Positions 20,101 to 26,207 are shown, numbered from the stretch's first letter. The stretch is 32,000 bases of DNA from Trichodesmium erythraeum IMS101 (GCF_000014265.1 NC_008312.1:3060001-3092000); one strand, 5' to 3'. Numbers and translations are program-made. Notes: generated from the sequence alone by a model not told the origin.

Positions 20101-20102
20101 AT
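10203..20102 (-). CDS. giant TpsA-type (filamentous haemagglutinin family) exoprotein with internal P-domain and C-terminal CHAT protease domain
   Basis: 3299-aa ORF. It begins with a signal-like N-terminus (LHRVTALSLILGTLATAPANSQ) followed by TPS secretion-domain motifs (ANLFHSFDKFNV, LFLMNPAGIMFG). Long beta-helix-type repeats (NAGQI.IE...L) follow. The internal P-domain contains HTYTGDLDVSLKSPQGK...TWTLKVTD. The C-terminal CHAT domain contains HLATHAEF and LLVLSACRTA. Confidence 0.9.
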   Translation of the reverse strand: MNQYYKDKSFYTLRLHRVTALSLILGTLATAPANSQPITPAKDGTNTTVTPQGQQFNIKGGTRSGANLFHSFDKFNVHSGQTANFVTTPDTRNVLGRVKGGASYINGLIQVLGSSSNLFLMNPAGIMFGRDARLNVPASFSVTTATGIGFDQNNFWFKAMGTNDYSNLLGSPSGYRFDVSKPGSIVNEGNLTLNSGENLTLLGGAVVNTGKLSSPGGNITVTAVEGGSTLKISQPGHVLSLEVEVSHTMSLQDGENISNIDPLSLPELLAGGGDIVEATSVIVKENGDVVLTGSNTMVAETPGTATISGKIDVSTTASSLQDEGDVPTAGQVNVWGDRVALIDTNIKADGKNGGGTVLIGGDFQGLGIVPNSQHTFVNNNSFISADAITNGDGGQVRIWSDGITNFAGNISAKGGTSSGNGGLVKVGGKEQLIFDGKVDVTAALGTEGTILLDPESVTVGEDNSEGEKEIVEENSEVSETENTDNYDGEIVEENSEVSETENTDNLEDKETENPLDPFPADENSDVTISADNLGELSGNVIIDADNDITINERIETDSSVELKAGRSININADIDTKSGNGNIDLFGNNDEMNLANRSDGKGSINQLDGTFLNAGSGGINIKLGSLGEVGDINLGNLRTTGKVLVDANGGNIVRVSENSLINAGSVLFRTSGNGGIGFVGEPLRLDVQNLEAVSGSGGVFFESLKNVNIGGVSEDVVGIATFGGDVDVKSAGNVTLNETISTNGTEESREITDPGGGINIEAAGDIVATGSGIKGGKEGVSMSGTNIRINDEFDETSGDADVKLSATNDIVVEDIEDDVLEFMPGSGEIEFRADKDGDGFGLVKMLDNKPDVGSYPDVFDNGADTIKTNGRGLTIAGAGLVLGNIDTSWFPVYSGGELLKAIDVDEGGAIPPEGTEGTATFTFTVDGDLGTVENIDVRFSAAHTYTGDLDVSLKSPQGKAVKLFASVGRSGDNFQDTVLDDDGSRIIGLGSAPFDGTYRPQESLADFNGENPQGTWTLKVTDTYPSADNGILYRAGEQAPWGTAIGTQLLLRNPLVQSGGGNGGAINLEATHSDISVGNIRSFSKTADGGRIDLKANNNIITGLINSSSVQRNGGAIKLVASGNIITQDLYSYSDSYAGNLADGGAIELVAGGNITTQDLYSYSYSIEGNSRNGGHIFVEANGDITIQGINSSSHSIEGNSGNGGAVSIDGDSNVTATQDLYSYSHSSKGNSGNGGFVSIDAGSNVTATQGINSSSHSIEGNSGNGGFVSVQARINITTQKINSYSLSKKKSGNGGTIDLVAGGNITTQYLNASSRSEKGDSGNGGAIDLDAGDSITTQDLNASSGSEYGDSGDGGDISAKADSDINTQDINSYSDSEYGDSADGGAINLVAGNDIKTQDINAYSRSEKGDSGNGGVVYVQADGNVTIQGLISYSDSSKGSSGDGGTIDLVAGGDITTQDINSFSFSYRGDSGNGGAIDLVAGGDITTQDINSFSFSNGGNSGNGGAVNLHAKQINPPEGGNTEKLKINTFSVGKKESGEGKGGDVSITTNNVSNTEILTVSSGSGSGKITIESQAQEPLQINDSSIITSAQVTLGIRGSETRIDVREKGKSGNVSINSSGDLNLKNVTIESDTKSDQAAGDVNIYSGDNITLNNTDIISTTNSQGNAGQITLETNQNIELTNNSKILASTEGDGNAGQINIEANNLILDQNTKLITETARAGNPGDINIQAKTIEIGEGAKASTTVLTGSTSTGEGGNITINTNELNITGKLGIFAETEASKNAGVLRISPYETNPNLDITFKNEGFISASTSSIGNGGNIFIQAPENIKITGQGFIATETSGAGDAGIIDIKTNNLRISNGVKINASTEDQGNAGEIKINTTEFTLEKGTSLTTETNSAGLAGNIEINTEKLTIGQNAQISATAREGSTNNEAGGNITINANNLEISGKLGIFAETAGESPAGTLTLNPYKNNPNLNIEFQEKGFISARTKSLGKGGDINISAPENINITGDGRITVEAKGSGDAGIINIETENLKIAENTKISASTSDSGNGGEIKINSSETFQLQGKILTETTGTGDGGIINIEAGEIIAPNSRISAKSTDAGNAGTIDITAQGDITTGVVTSAAKNDIETADGGSISITSEQGKINATRAIQSFSEGGSAGDVTLKAQTDITAKTISSHGKQEGGQITITSETGNIDTSSGNFLANYSGGGDAGDITMEAPQGNITTNDIYSYADGDGGQISIKAGNNINIKVNSNIISASEPPNEGNSDKQGQGGDITLEAGNNINTTTANIYSGANEGDTGTIDITADNAIETGKIDLVSGFVRQQEKVNENFTIIPKPEGEATQGKAGDIRLRSRNSTIDTTGGTINSRSPDGTGDIIINAKGNITTGKLEASALNPDKPTTGGDVNITSEQGEINATQNIETFSEQGTAGDINITAVGQIQTNNILSQGMERGGNIQVKSKRGEIQSRGNIDSYSEQGRGGNVKVDAPERVNLANVSSYGMTESGDLIIQSQQAEVNTGNITTQAPEGDSGRIVINGTEVGTGNLSSIARTSAGEINVEATDGSIATYDIEMISGGTVGALTLRATENITTEDVTQNAGEGNVDINIESGRDQNIGNTTQIAKTGDTNNVQTAGRDQNSGNVNQNSGGNANNIQTAGRDQNIGQVTQTAGGNTKNIQTAGRDQNIGQVTQTAGGNTKNIQTAGRDQNIGQVTQTAGGNTKNIQTAGRDQNIGQVTQNAENNTINIQTASGEQNIGQINQTFGNEYINIQGQEINQNLDHSSAISNNNVPNNKVLNQEKLSNNNNNNIENNSTTNSSNNKNILSNFTQSQRSELISTSTPSNNNQTTNTNTAQEQTESSINSTTDTQKILNIIDTVNTNSLTVATGSDQVITILEKSRTKEYSNYFGTDFKEQLLSTKNVREILADMASKTGKESAVVYINAYPEELQIVLYTKDGQPILKTIPKANRKKLEKVVINFLKFMTNPAYRNTNSYLSPAKKLYDWFITPISAELEAANIDTLLFSMSESLRALPVAALHDGEQFLIEKYSLSLIPSISLMDTNYRPLQGTQVLAMGASEFIAKNPLPAVPVELEIISQNLWLGSQFLNAEFTHNNLLNERQNYPYSIIHLATHAEFKAGRPSNSYIQLWGDEQIKLDQVRELGWGNPSVDLLVLSACRTAVGNKEAELGFAGLAIAAGVKSALASVWYVNDEGTLGLMTEFYTHLNDVKVKSEALRQAQLAMLQGKVAITDGKLMRNGVDGDVVLPPALADIENQNLSHPYYWAGFTMVGSPW
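11775..12250 (-). repeat. 69-bp (23-aa) in-frame tandem repeat, ~7 units, three of them nucleotide-identical
   Basis: Unit starts at 11871, 11940, 12009 and 12078 are exactly 69 bp apart and identical until ~12117. Degenerate units flank them. The encoded unit is NIQTAGRDQNIGQVTQTAGGNTK. Confidence 0.95.
15565..16925 (-). repeat. ~15 tandem 90-bp (30-aa) coding repeats
   Basis: The encoded unit is GGAIDLVAGGDITTQDINS(F/Y)S(F/D)S..GDSGN. Adjacent copies at ~15615 and ~15705 are near-identical at the DNA level, and older copies are diverged. Confidence 0.85.
17000..17350 (-). other. proprotein-convertase P-domain-like insert
   Basis: ATFTFTVDGDLGTVENIDVRFSAAHTYTGDLDVSLKSPQGKAVKLF...GDNFQDTVLDDDG...FDGTYRPQESLADFNGENPQGTWTLKVTDTYPSADNG matches the characteristic P-domain pattern. 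No subtilisin/kexin catalytic domain is adjacent. Confidence 0.7.
18587..18699 (-). repeat. 60-bp in-frame tandem duplication (2 copies)
   Basis: 18587-18639 is identical to 18647-18699. It encodes EIVEENSEVSETENTDN twice, within an acidic linker. Confidence 0.95.
19650..19997 (-). other. TPS (haemagglutination-activity / two-partner secretion) domain
   Basis: QFNIKGGTRSGANLFHSFDKFNV...NVLGRVKGG..S.INGLIQV...NLFLMNPAGIMFG matches the conserved TpsA N-terminal secretion-domain pattern. Confidence 0.8.
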
Positions 20103-20945
20103 TGTTAAAAATCCCCATGATCTATTAAACCTTTAGTTTTCAACCAGGCTTATAGGCTGTAATACTATTTCTTCAAGGTAATGCTACAGTTGGAAAGCCC
20201 CAAAATAATTATCAATAACTATGTATAAAATTTAAGGCTACATCTTAAGCCAAAATAATTAATTATTTTAATCAGCAAGTATTATTGAGTTATTATATTA
20301 TATTACATCTTTATGTAAATAAAACAATATTAGATAATTTTTAATATCAAAGGATTTGAGTATTATTTATGCAAAAAATCCTATGAAAGTTTTTGCAAAA
20401 CTGTACCAATTAAATATCTCTGAAAAAAAAGTCTAAATCTTTTAATTTATCCTTATAAATTTGCTCACGTAAATAAACTACAGTACTCCTAATTAACTAT
20501 TTAATTATACCAATGCTACCAGATGTGCTGATCTAATTAACACCAAAGTAATACTCTTATACTCAAGCTTTTAGCTGCGTTCGACACTTCATATAAGCTA
20601 ATATTTTTAATGAGTTGATTTTATGAATTTTTAGGGCTCACTCAGGAATGGCTTTTGACTGTTGAATAGATTAATTTTGACTTGCATGCATTACTATACA
20701 AGCCAAGAGCGTGTTAATTATTCTGATCTGAAATACCAAAAATTGTACTAATATCCGAATATCTCCCGAGACCAGATCAATATTGGTAGCAAACATTAAT
20801 AGATTTCATATTATTTTTACAGACCTAGCATAGAACCTTCTTACCTTTAAATACTTTCCATGCCAGGTTTCTACTTACTCTCAATACAATAAAAAACTTT
20901 TAATAATCCCTTATACCGTAACTGCTTCCCTTTGTTTGCTTGATT

Positions 20946-22391
20946 TTACCCTCGTTTCAGAGATTTTGTAAATAACCAGAAAGGAATAAAAATACCTACT
21001 ATGACCATTACTAATACAAATAAGAATACAACCCCCCGCACTTTTGCAGGTAGCTTTGGTCCAACCCAGGGAAATGTGTAAGATTCTGGTTGAGATTTGA
21101 TATCACGGCCCTCATCGGGAGACTTAACGATGACTTGAACGTTATGTGCGGAACCGCGATCTGAACTTGTTGGTTGAACATAGGTAATTTCATACTCGTT
21201 AAGCATGGCGTTGAGGAAGTCAGTTAAAGCATTAGCCACATCATTAGCGCTAGCAGAAAATTCGTGGACTCCTCTAGTAATTTCAGCAATTCTGACCAAG
21301 GACTGTTGATCGACAAATTCTTCGCTAATTTGTTTTAATCTTTTGTAGTTAGTTATATCTGCAACCGGTAAATCATCTTTCAACAAATATAGATTTTCGA
21401 TATTGGGCTCATCCTTTAAATTGTACTCTTGCTTTAATTCTTGGGCGGTTTTACCGTAACCTATAGTATTTACAGTAATATGAGAATTTTCTTCTAATGC
21501 TGGGATAAGTTGGGTTTCAAAATGTTCTCTCTCTGCCTCTGCTTCTGTTTGATATCTTTTTCTTTTTTGTGAATTTGCATAGATGCTGTGATAGCCATCA
21601 GAAAGCAAAATAATTGATAACCTTGGTTCCGGTTCTTTTGAATCTGTTGTTTCCAGCGAATCTGCTTTTGGAGGGTTAAAACGAGGCTCATTTTCGTCCC
21701 CTAAAAATCTTACTGCTGCCATCAAAGGATCGTAAATATTTGTCGCTCCACAAATATCTTTTGGAGCTGTTTCTTGTAGTTCCTTCAGAATATTTTCAAT
21801 TTCGTCACTTCCTGCTGGTTTAAACTCATTGAGTGTTTTCCTGCTGACTTTTTTTCCCACACAACTTCCCCCACTTTCACTAAAAGGTACGATCGCTATT
21901 TTAGTTTTTTGGCTCCGTCCAGCCACATCCTTACTAAATTTTTGAATCGCTTCAATGGCTCCCTTTAATTTACTTTTACCTGAGCATTGAGAAGATCTTT
22001 CATCCCAACTACCCCTTTCCTCGCATCGCTTCATGCTACCGCTAAAATCTAATAAGACAATTACCCAAGCTGGAGGTAGTTTTTCTGGGGCAGGGGTTGT
22101 CCATTTTTTATTACCTAATCCTAGTTCTTGGCACTCTTGGTCTTGGGAACAAACTCTCAAAGTAATACTTTTTTCTGGTAATCGCATTACGGCTTTATTA
22201 TTGCGATCAAATGCTTGAAAGCGTAAGGCTACACTCCCGTCATCTTTATCTGGTTTTGCTTGAATAATTTCTACTCTTTCGACTTGAGCAAAACTAGGAT
22301 GACTCCCAGAAAACAATAATAGCAAAGATAGACTAACCTTGGGGGTCCAAAAAGCGATTGTAGTAAATAAATCTAAAAAGTTTTTGATCAT
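20946..22391 (-). CDS. exported von Willebrand factor A (vWA) domain protein with intact MIDAS and a C-terminal TM anchor (cluster gene 7)
   Basis: MIDAS DxSxS is present as VLLDFSGSM (DFSGS at 22035-22049), plus GATNIYDPL (Thr) and IILLSDGYH (Asp). N-terminal signal-like sequence: VSLSLLLLFSGSHPSFA-QV. C-terminal helix: GVVFLFVLVMVIVGIFIPFWLF, followed by TKSLKRG. I prefer the ATG at 22391 (AGGGAA 7-8 nt upstream) over the ORF-track ATG at 22412, which has no SD. Confidence 0.85.
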   Translation of the reverse strand: MIKNFLDLFTTIAFWTPKVSLSLLLLFSGSHPSFAQVERVEIIQAKPDKDDGSVALRFQAFDRNNKAVMRLPEKSITLRVCSQDQECQELGLGNKKWTTPAPEKLPPAWVIVLLDFSGSMKRCEERGSWDERSSQCSGKSKLKGAIEAIQKFSKDVAGRSQKTKIAIVPFSESGGSCVGKKVSRKTLNEFKPAGSDEIENILKELQETAPKDICGATNIYDPLMAAVRFLGDENEPRFNPPKADSLETTDSKEPEPRLSIILLSDGYHSIYANSQKRKRYQTEAEAEREHFETQLIPALEENSHITVNTIGYGKTAQELKQEYNLKDEPNIENLYLLKDDLPVADITNYKRLKQISEEFVDQQSLVRIAEITRGVHEFSASANDVANALTDFLNAMLNEYEITYVQPTSSDRGSAHNVQVIVKSPDEGRDIKSQPESYTFPWVGPKLPAKVRGVVFLFVLVMVIVGIFIPFWLFTKSLKRG

Positions 22392-23421
22392 TATAATTTC
22401 CCTGTGGAACATGAAATGTAATCATATCATTATGTTTTAATTTAATCGGCCCTGGGGTTGTTAAACGTAGACCTCTATACTCTATTATTCCATAAAATTT
22501 AGGTTGGGGAAATAATAAAGTTTGACCGGGTTTTAACTTTAGTTCGGCCACATTTTCTGGCAATTCTGGAAGATAAATATGTACGTCTTGTCCAGAACCA
22601 ATTTTTATTTTTCCTCTGGCGGGTAATTGAATAGATAATCCCTCTTCAATTCGATCGGCATAATCATCGCTAACAAATTTTAATGGGGGTTTTTTTGTCT
22701 TTTCGATGTGGGGATAATTAGTAGTTTGAGTTAGCAGCGACGAACCATAAAGATACTCAAAACCGGCACCTGCTCTGAGAGCGATCGTGTGACTGGGAGA
22801 GGTGGAAAAACTTAAGACTAAACCTAACAAACCTCCCAAAAAAGAAAATCCTATAGGTTCTTCCCAAGCTTTTAATGCTTCTGGAATTTCACCTCCAAAG
22901 TTTTGTCGCAACTTTTCAAATATTAATGCTGCAGCTAAGGCGGTCAAACTACTAGCAATAAAACTAGTCCAGAAACGCTGTTGATAACGGCGAGAATCTC
23001 CTGCTTCTATGCTACGCCATCGCCAAGTTAATCCTTCTCCTAGACCTACTGCTACTCCAATTAAAACCCACCCTATTATTCTAACAAAAAAGTCTGGTAC
23101 TTGAAAAACATGATCCCGCAGTTGAGGGTGGAGCCAAAGTTGTACTATACCTCCAGAGGTAGTGCCGATCAATAAACCAAGTCCGGCAGCAATTGTTAAG
23201 GGGATAAAACCTGTTTTTAAGTTACGTTGGAATCTGGTGGGGTTGCTGAGAAAAAGATCTATGGCGACTATGCCTATTGCCAGGAAAATTGCCACGCAGG
23301 GAAATAGGCCTAGTTCGGGGATGTTTTTTAACCATTGAAGGTCGCTAATGATAACATGACCAAGGATCCACCCGGTGAGGGCGGATGCGATTCCTGATGA
23401 TATGTAAAGGTAGGTTCTCAT
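22333..23421 (-). CDS. six-TM membrane protein with C-terminal degenerate FHA-like beta domain (cluster gene 6)
   Basis: Six hydrophobic helices occupy aa 5-235. K/R-rich loops 2 and 4 (NPTRFQRNLK, WRWRSIEAGDSRRYQQR) imply N-in/C-in topology. The C-terminal ~95 aa (GKIKIGSGQDVHIYLPE...IKLKHNDMITF...FRFIY) follow the FHA beta-sandwich spacing but lack the canonical G-R, S-x-x-H and N-G residues. Confidence 0.8.
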   Translation of the reverse strand: MRTYLYISSGIASALTGWILGHVIISDLQWLKNIPELGLFPCVAIFLAIGIVAIDLFLSNPTRFQRNLKTGFIPLTIAAGLGLLIGTTSGGIVQLWLHPQLRDHVFQVPDFFVRIIGWVLIGVAVGLGEGLTWRWRSIEAGDSRRYQQRFWTSFIASSLTALAAALIFEKLRQNFGGEIPEALKAWEEPIGFSFLGGLLGLVLSFSTSPSHTIALRAGAGFEYLYGSSLLTQTTNYPHIEKTKKPPLKFVSDDYADRIEEGLSIQLPARGKIKIGSGQDVHIYLPELPENVAELKLKPGQTLLFPQPKFYGIIEYRGLRLTTPGPIKLKHNDMITFHVPQGNYNDQKLFRFIYYNRFLDPQG

Positions 23422-23475
23422 GTTTATTTTTTAAGGGTGAGTTTATTGGGAACTATTGTTTGGAATTAGCGATCG

Positions 23476-26151
23476 CTATTCTAGCAATTGTCTTTGGATA
23501 TCTTGTTTTAACCTCTGATATGTTTCTTCACTATAATGAATTATGCCATCGCCTCCATTTTGGTATTCTCGAATAGAATTAACAAACTTTTCCACCTCTT
23601 GTGGGTTTCCTTTTTCTATAGCACCTGCATAATCTGTTATTCCTACAAAAGTATTTTTGATAGCATTGATAATCTGGCTGCGATCAAACTTTTCTTGTCT
23701 TAAGTTTTCATCTTCTAACAACTCTTCTATCAGTTTTTCTAAAGCTGGCTTAGTTTTGTTAGCAAAATTGAATCTTTCTTCATATTGTGTTTTTATTTCT
23801 TCTTTTAACCTTTGATATGTTTGTTTACCATAATTAATTATGCCATCACCTCCATTTTGGTATTGTTGAATAGAATTAACAAACTTTTCTACCTCTTTTG
23901 GCTTTCCTTCTTCTATGGTAGCTGTATAATCTGTTATTCCCACAAAAGTATTTTTGATAGCATTAATAATCTGGATGCGGTCAATATTTTTTTGTCTTAA
24001 ACTGTTATCTTGCAACAACTCTTCTATCAGTTTTTCTAAAGCTGGCTTCGTTCTATTAGCAAAGTTGAACAGTAAAGTATTGTTTACTTCTTTTTCAATT
24101 CTTTCATCTGTTTCAAAATTATCATCTATGTATCCATACCCTTTTTCTCCTGTGTTGGCTTGATACCAATAGATAGCCTCTATCAATTGCTTTTTGTGAT
24201 TTTCATTGCCTTGAATTGCGGAGCTATAATCAAGGTTCGGGTTGCCAATAATGGCTTTAATTTCCTTTATTACTTGATTGCGCATTATTTGTGGATCCGC
24301 TTGATTAAACTTTTCCGTTAGTTGATTTGTAAGTCTCTTGACAAGAGCCTCCATCACTGTAGCAGTTGTTGAAAATTCACTAGATGCCTTAGTCATAGGA
24401 GGAATTATTTCAACTTGTCTCGCAGCATTTAATCCTTCTTGATAACCAACTTGATAGCCCTTGTCATAGCCTTCTTGTTCTCCTGCTTCTCTTGCCTGTT
24501 CTAATGTTTCCCCATTTGAGTTTTTTAACCCTATTTTACCTTTACTTTGTAAACCTAGCATATAAGAAAACAAGTTAGTTAGCACAAGAATGAATATTGC
24601 CGCCAAAGATAAAGAATATCTTCTCAACAAGTTAATCAGATGCTCATCCCAAGTAACTTCTCTGTTTAGTGTCAAACCCCAAAGATCTGATTTATCTTTG
24701 TTTTTAAAAGCTTTCAGAAATAAATTTTTCGGTACCACCCCTTTACTGACTTGGTAAAAATAGGAAGCTAACTGATAGTCACCCAACCTCTCAAACAAAT
24801 CCGCAAAAGGTTGATAATAGCTATAACGATAGTTGGGTCCCGGAAGCCCACTTTGCAAGTTTTTCCAAATCGAATCTCCACAAGCAAACGAAGGTTCCGA
24901 CGGGCTATCATCAGAAGAGTTCAAATAGTTATCAATAGCTTCTAAATCATCTCTGACATTTTGCAAAAGTGAGGCGCGATATGACGACCAAAGACTTTTT
25001 TGTGCAGTTAATAACCAACTGAATGCTGGAATTGATATCTTCTTCTTCAATATTTGCTCCAGGACACTCTTCATGCTTCCATCAATTAATGGCTCTAGTT
25101 GTAAAATATGTTTTTTAAGTTGTCCTTGAAACTCAAGAGAAACTTTTTGCTTATTATCCCCTTTTCCCTTATTTTTGCCATCAATACCAAACCATTCTAG
25201 ATACTCAGGCAAAGTATCTGGAATAATTATCGCCCTTAAAGTTAAAAGTCGCACCATTTGAGGGCTATAATTTCTCTGCTTAATCCTAGTATGGGCACCT
25301 TGATCATCAAAGATTGTTTGGCAATGGTCTGAAGTTACTTGCTCGTTCTGTAAAAGAGCTTGAATCCATTCCTGCTTAATTTGCGAACCACCTATCAAAC
25401 CTTTTATTGCTAATTCAATAGAGGGTTCATCAACACTTGATAGATTATCAATTGAAGCATTCCCTATTCTTATTAGATCTTGATACGCTTTTTCATCAGC
25501 CGCTTGAATAACTAGAAATCTTCTTGCACGTTCCACAGCCTCCACATCATATGCCCAAGATACAAGTTGACCATTAGCTATCTTCTCAGCTACTGCATTA
25601 ATTGTCTGTAGATCGGAAACTTGTCCTGGTTGAAGAATCAAAGCTCGTTGATAGTTGCTTGTCAAAGAATTTAGCTCTGAAGGTAAGGTTACTAGGGGTT
25701 TATTAGAAATATTGTGATAGTTCGGCTTGCCAATTTCCTTAATTTCCGATGGATTGAAAATTGGTAGTCGTCCGTATTTTTGCGAATAATTATCTATCGC
25801 ATCTAATATTACCCAGAGTCGATCTACTCCCTGGCATAAAATATATCGATAAAAAGAGTTAAAAAGCCCGTAGTCATCCCTTCCTGGAGTCACTACCGCT
25901 ACCACCGACCAAGCGGGATCTGCATTTTTGCCCCTAACCTCTCGTCCTACAAAAGTAGGTTTTTGACTATGACTATCCTTGGATACCTCAAACATTTTGT
26001 TAGCGATCGCTAGTTGGACAACATAGGGAATTTGCGGCAAGGTTGAGTTCATATATTCTCCTACCTTATACCCCCGCGATCTCCAACTGCTATCGGGCAA
26101 TGTTTCTACATTTATACCAGTGCTGAATTCGTGTATATTATAAGTAGGCAT
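23476..26151 (-). CDS. bitopic membrane protein, paralog 2 (cluster gene 5); unknown ~505-aa cytoplasmic region, one TM, three peptidoglycan-binding-like modules; function unknown
   Basis: 891-aa ORF. Its N-terminal 505 aa are highly similar to the upstream paralog. TM helix YSLSLAAIFILVLTNLFSYMLGL lies at ~24555-24623. The C-terminus has three ~100-aa modules ending in the pattern A/S-I-x-x-Y-Q-(6-10)-DG-I-I-x(4-6)-T-x-x-x-L. Confidence 0.9.
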   Translation of the reverse strand: MPTYNIHEFSTGINVETLPDSSWRSRGYKVGEYMNSTLPQIPYVVQLAIANKMFEVSKDSHSQKPTFVGREVRGKNADPAWSVVAVVTPGRDDYGLFNSFYRYILCQGVDRLWVILDAIDNYSQKYGRLPIFNPSEIKEIGKPNYHNISNKPLVTLPSELNSLTSNYQRALILQPGQVSDLQTINAVAEKIANGQLVSWAYDVEAVERARRFLVIQAADEKAYQDLIRIGNASIDNLSSVDEPSIELAIKGLIGGSQIKQEWIQALLQNEQVTSDHCQTIFDDQGAHTRIKQRNYSPQMVRLLTLRAIIIPDTLPEYLEWFGIDGKNKGKGDNKQKVSLEFQGQLKKHILQLEPLIDGSMKSVLEQILKKKISIPAFSWLLTAQKSLWSSYRASLLQNVRDDLEAIDNYLNSSDDSPSEPSFACGDSIWKNLQSGLPGPNYRYSYYQPFADLFERLGDYQLASYFYQVSKGVVPKNLFLKAFKNKDKSDLWGLTLNREVTWDEHLINLLRRYSLSLAAIFILVLTNLFSYMLGLQSKGKIGLKNSNGETLEQAREAGEQEGYDKGYQVGYQEGLNAARQVEIIPPMTKASSEFSTTATVMEALVKRLTNQLTEKFNQADPQIMRNQVIKEIKAIIGNPNLDYSSAIQGNENHKKQLIEAIYWYQANTGEKGYGYIDDNFETDERIEKEVNNTLLFNFANRTKPALEKLIEELLQDNSLRQKNIDRIQIINAIKNTFVGITDYTATIEEGKPKEVEKFVNSIQQYQNGGDGIINYGKQTYQRLKEEIKTQYEERFNFANKTKPALEKLIEELLEDENLRQEKFDRSQIINAIKNTFVGITDYAGAIEKGNPQEVEKFVNSIREYQNGGDGIIHYSEETYQRLKQDIQRQLLE
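23500..24075 (-). repeat. 297-bp (99-aa) in-frame tandem duplication inside paralog 2
   Basis: For example, 23508-23552 aligns with 23805-23850 and 23547-23772 aligns with 23844-24069, at a constant 297-bp offset and high identity by eye. It encodes F-N-F-A-N-(K/R)-T-K-P-A-L-E-K-L-I-E-E-L-L...Y-Q-N-G-G-D-G-I-I. Confidence 0.9.
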
Positions 26152-26207
26152 TTGCTTTAATCCTTATCTAATTCTTGATTGCGTTTGCCAGTATAAAGCT
26201 AATAAAT
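26152..26207 (-). pseudogene. 56-nt relic of the 3' end of GTPase gene 3 (duplication scar) immediately upstream of paralog 2
   Basis: 26152-26207 matches 29045-29100 at 54 of 56 positions. The original encodes ...IYWLCTGKRNQELDKD*. In the relic a C-to-T change turns TGG (Trp) into TAG. Similarity stops abruptly at 26208/29101. Confidence 0.85.

Noticed and set aside
20103-20945. Search for a promoter or terminator between the vWA gene and the giant gene
   Set aside because: I could not find a convincing -35/-10 pair or a stable hairpin by eye in this AT-rich spacer. I therefore make no call on whether the giant gene is co-transcribed with the seven-gene cluster.
22392-22412. ORF-track start (ATG 22412, MFHREII...) for the vWA gene
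   Set aside because: There is no Shine-Dalgarno in front of it, and it lengthens the overlap with the upstream gene to 80 nt. The ATG at 22391 has AGGGAA upstream and begins directly with the signal-like segment. This is not proven.
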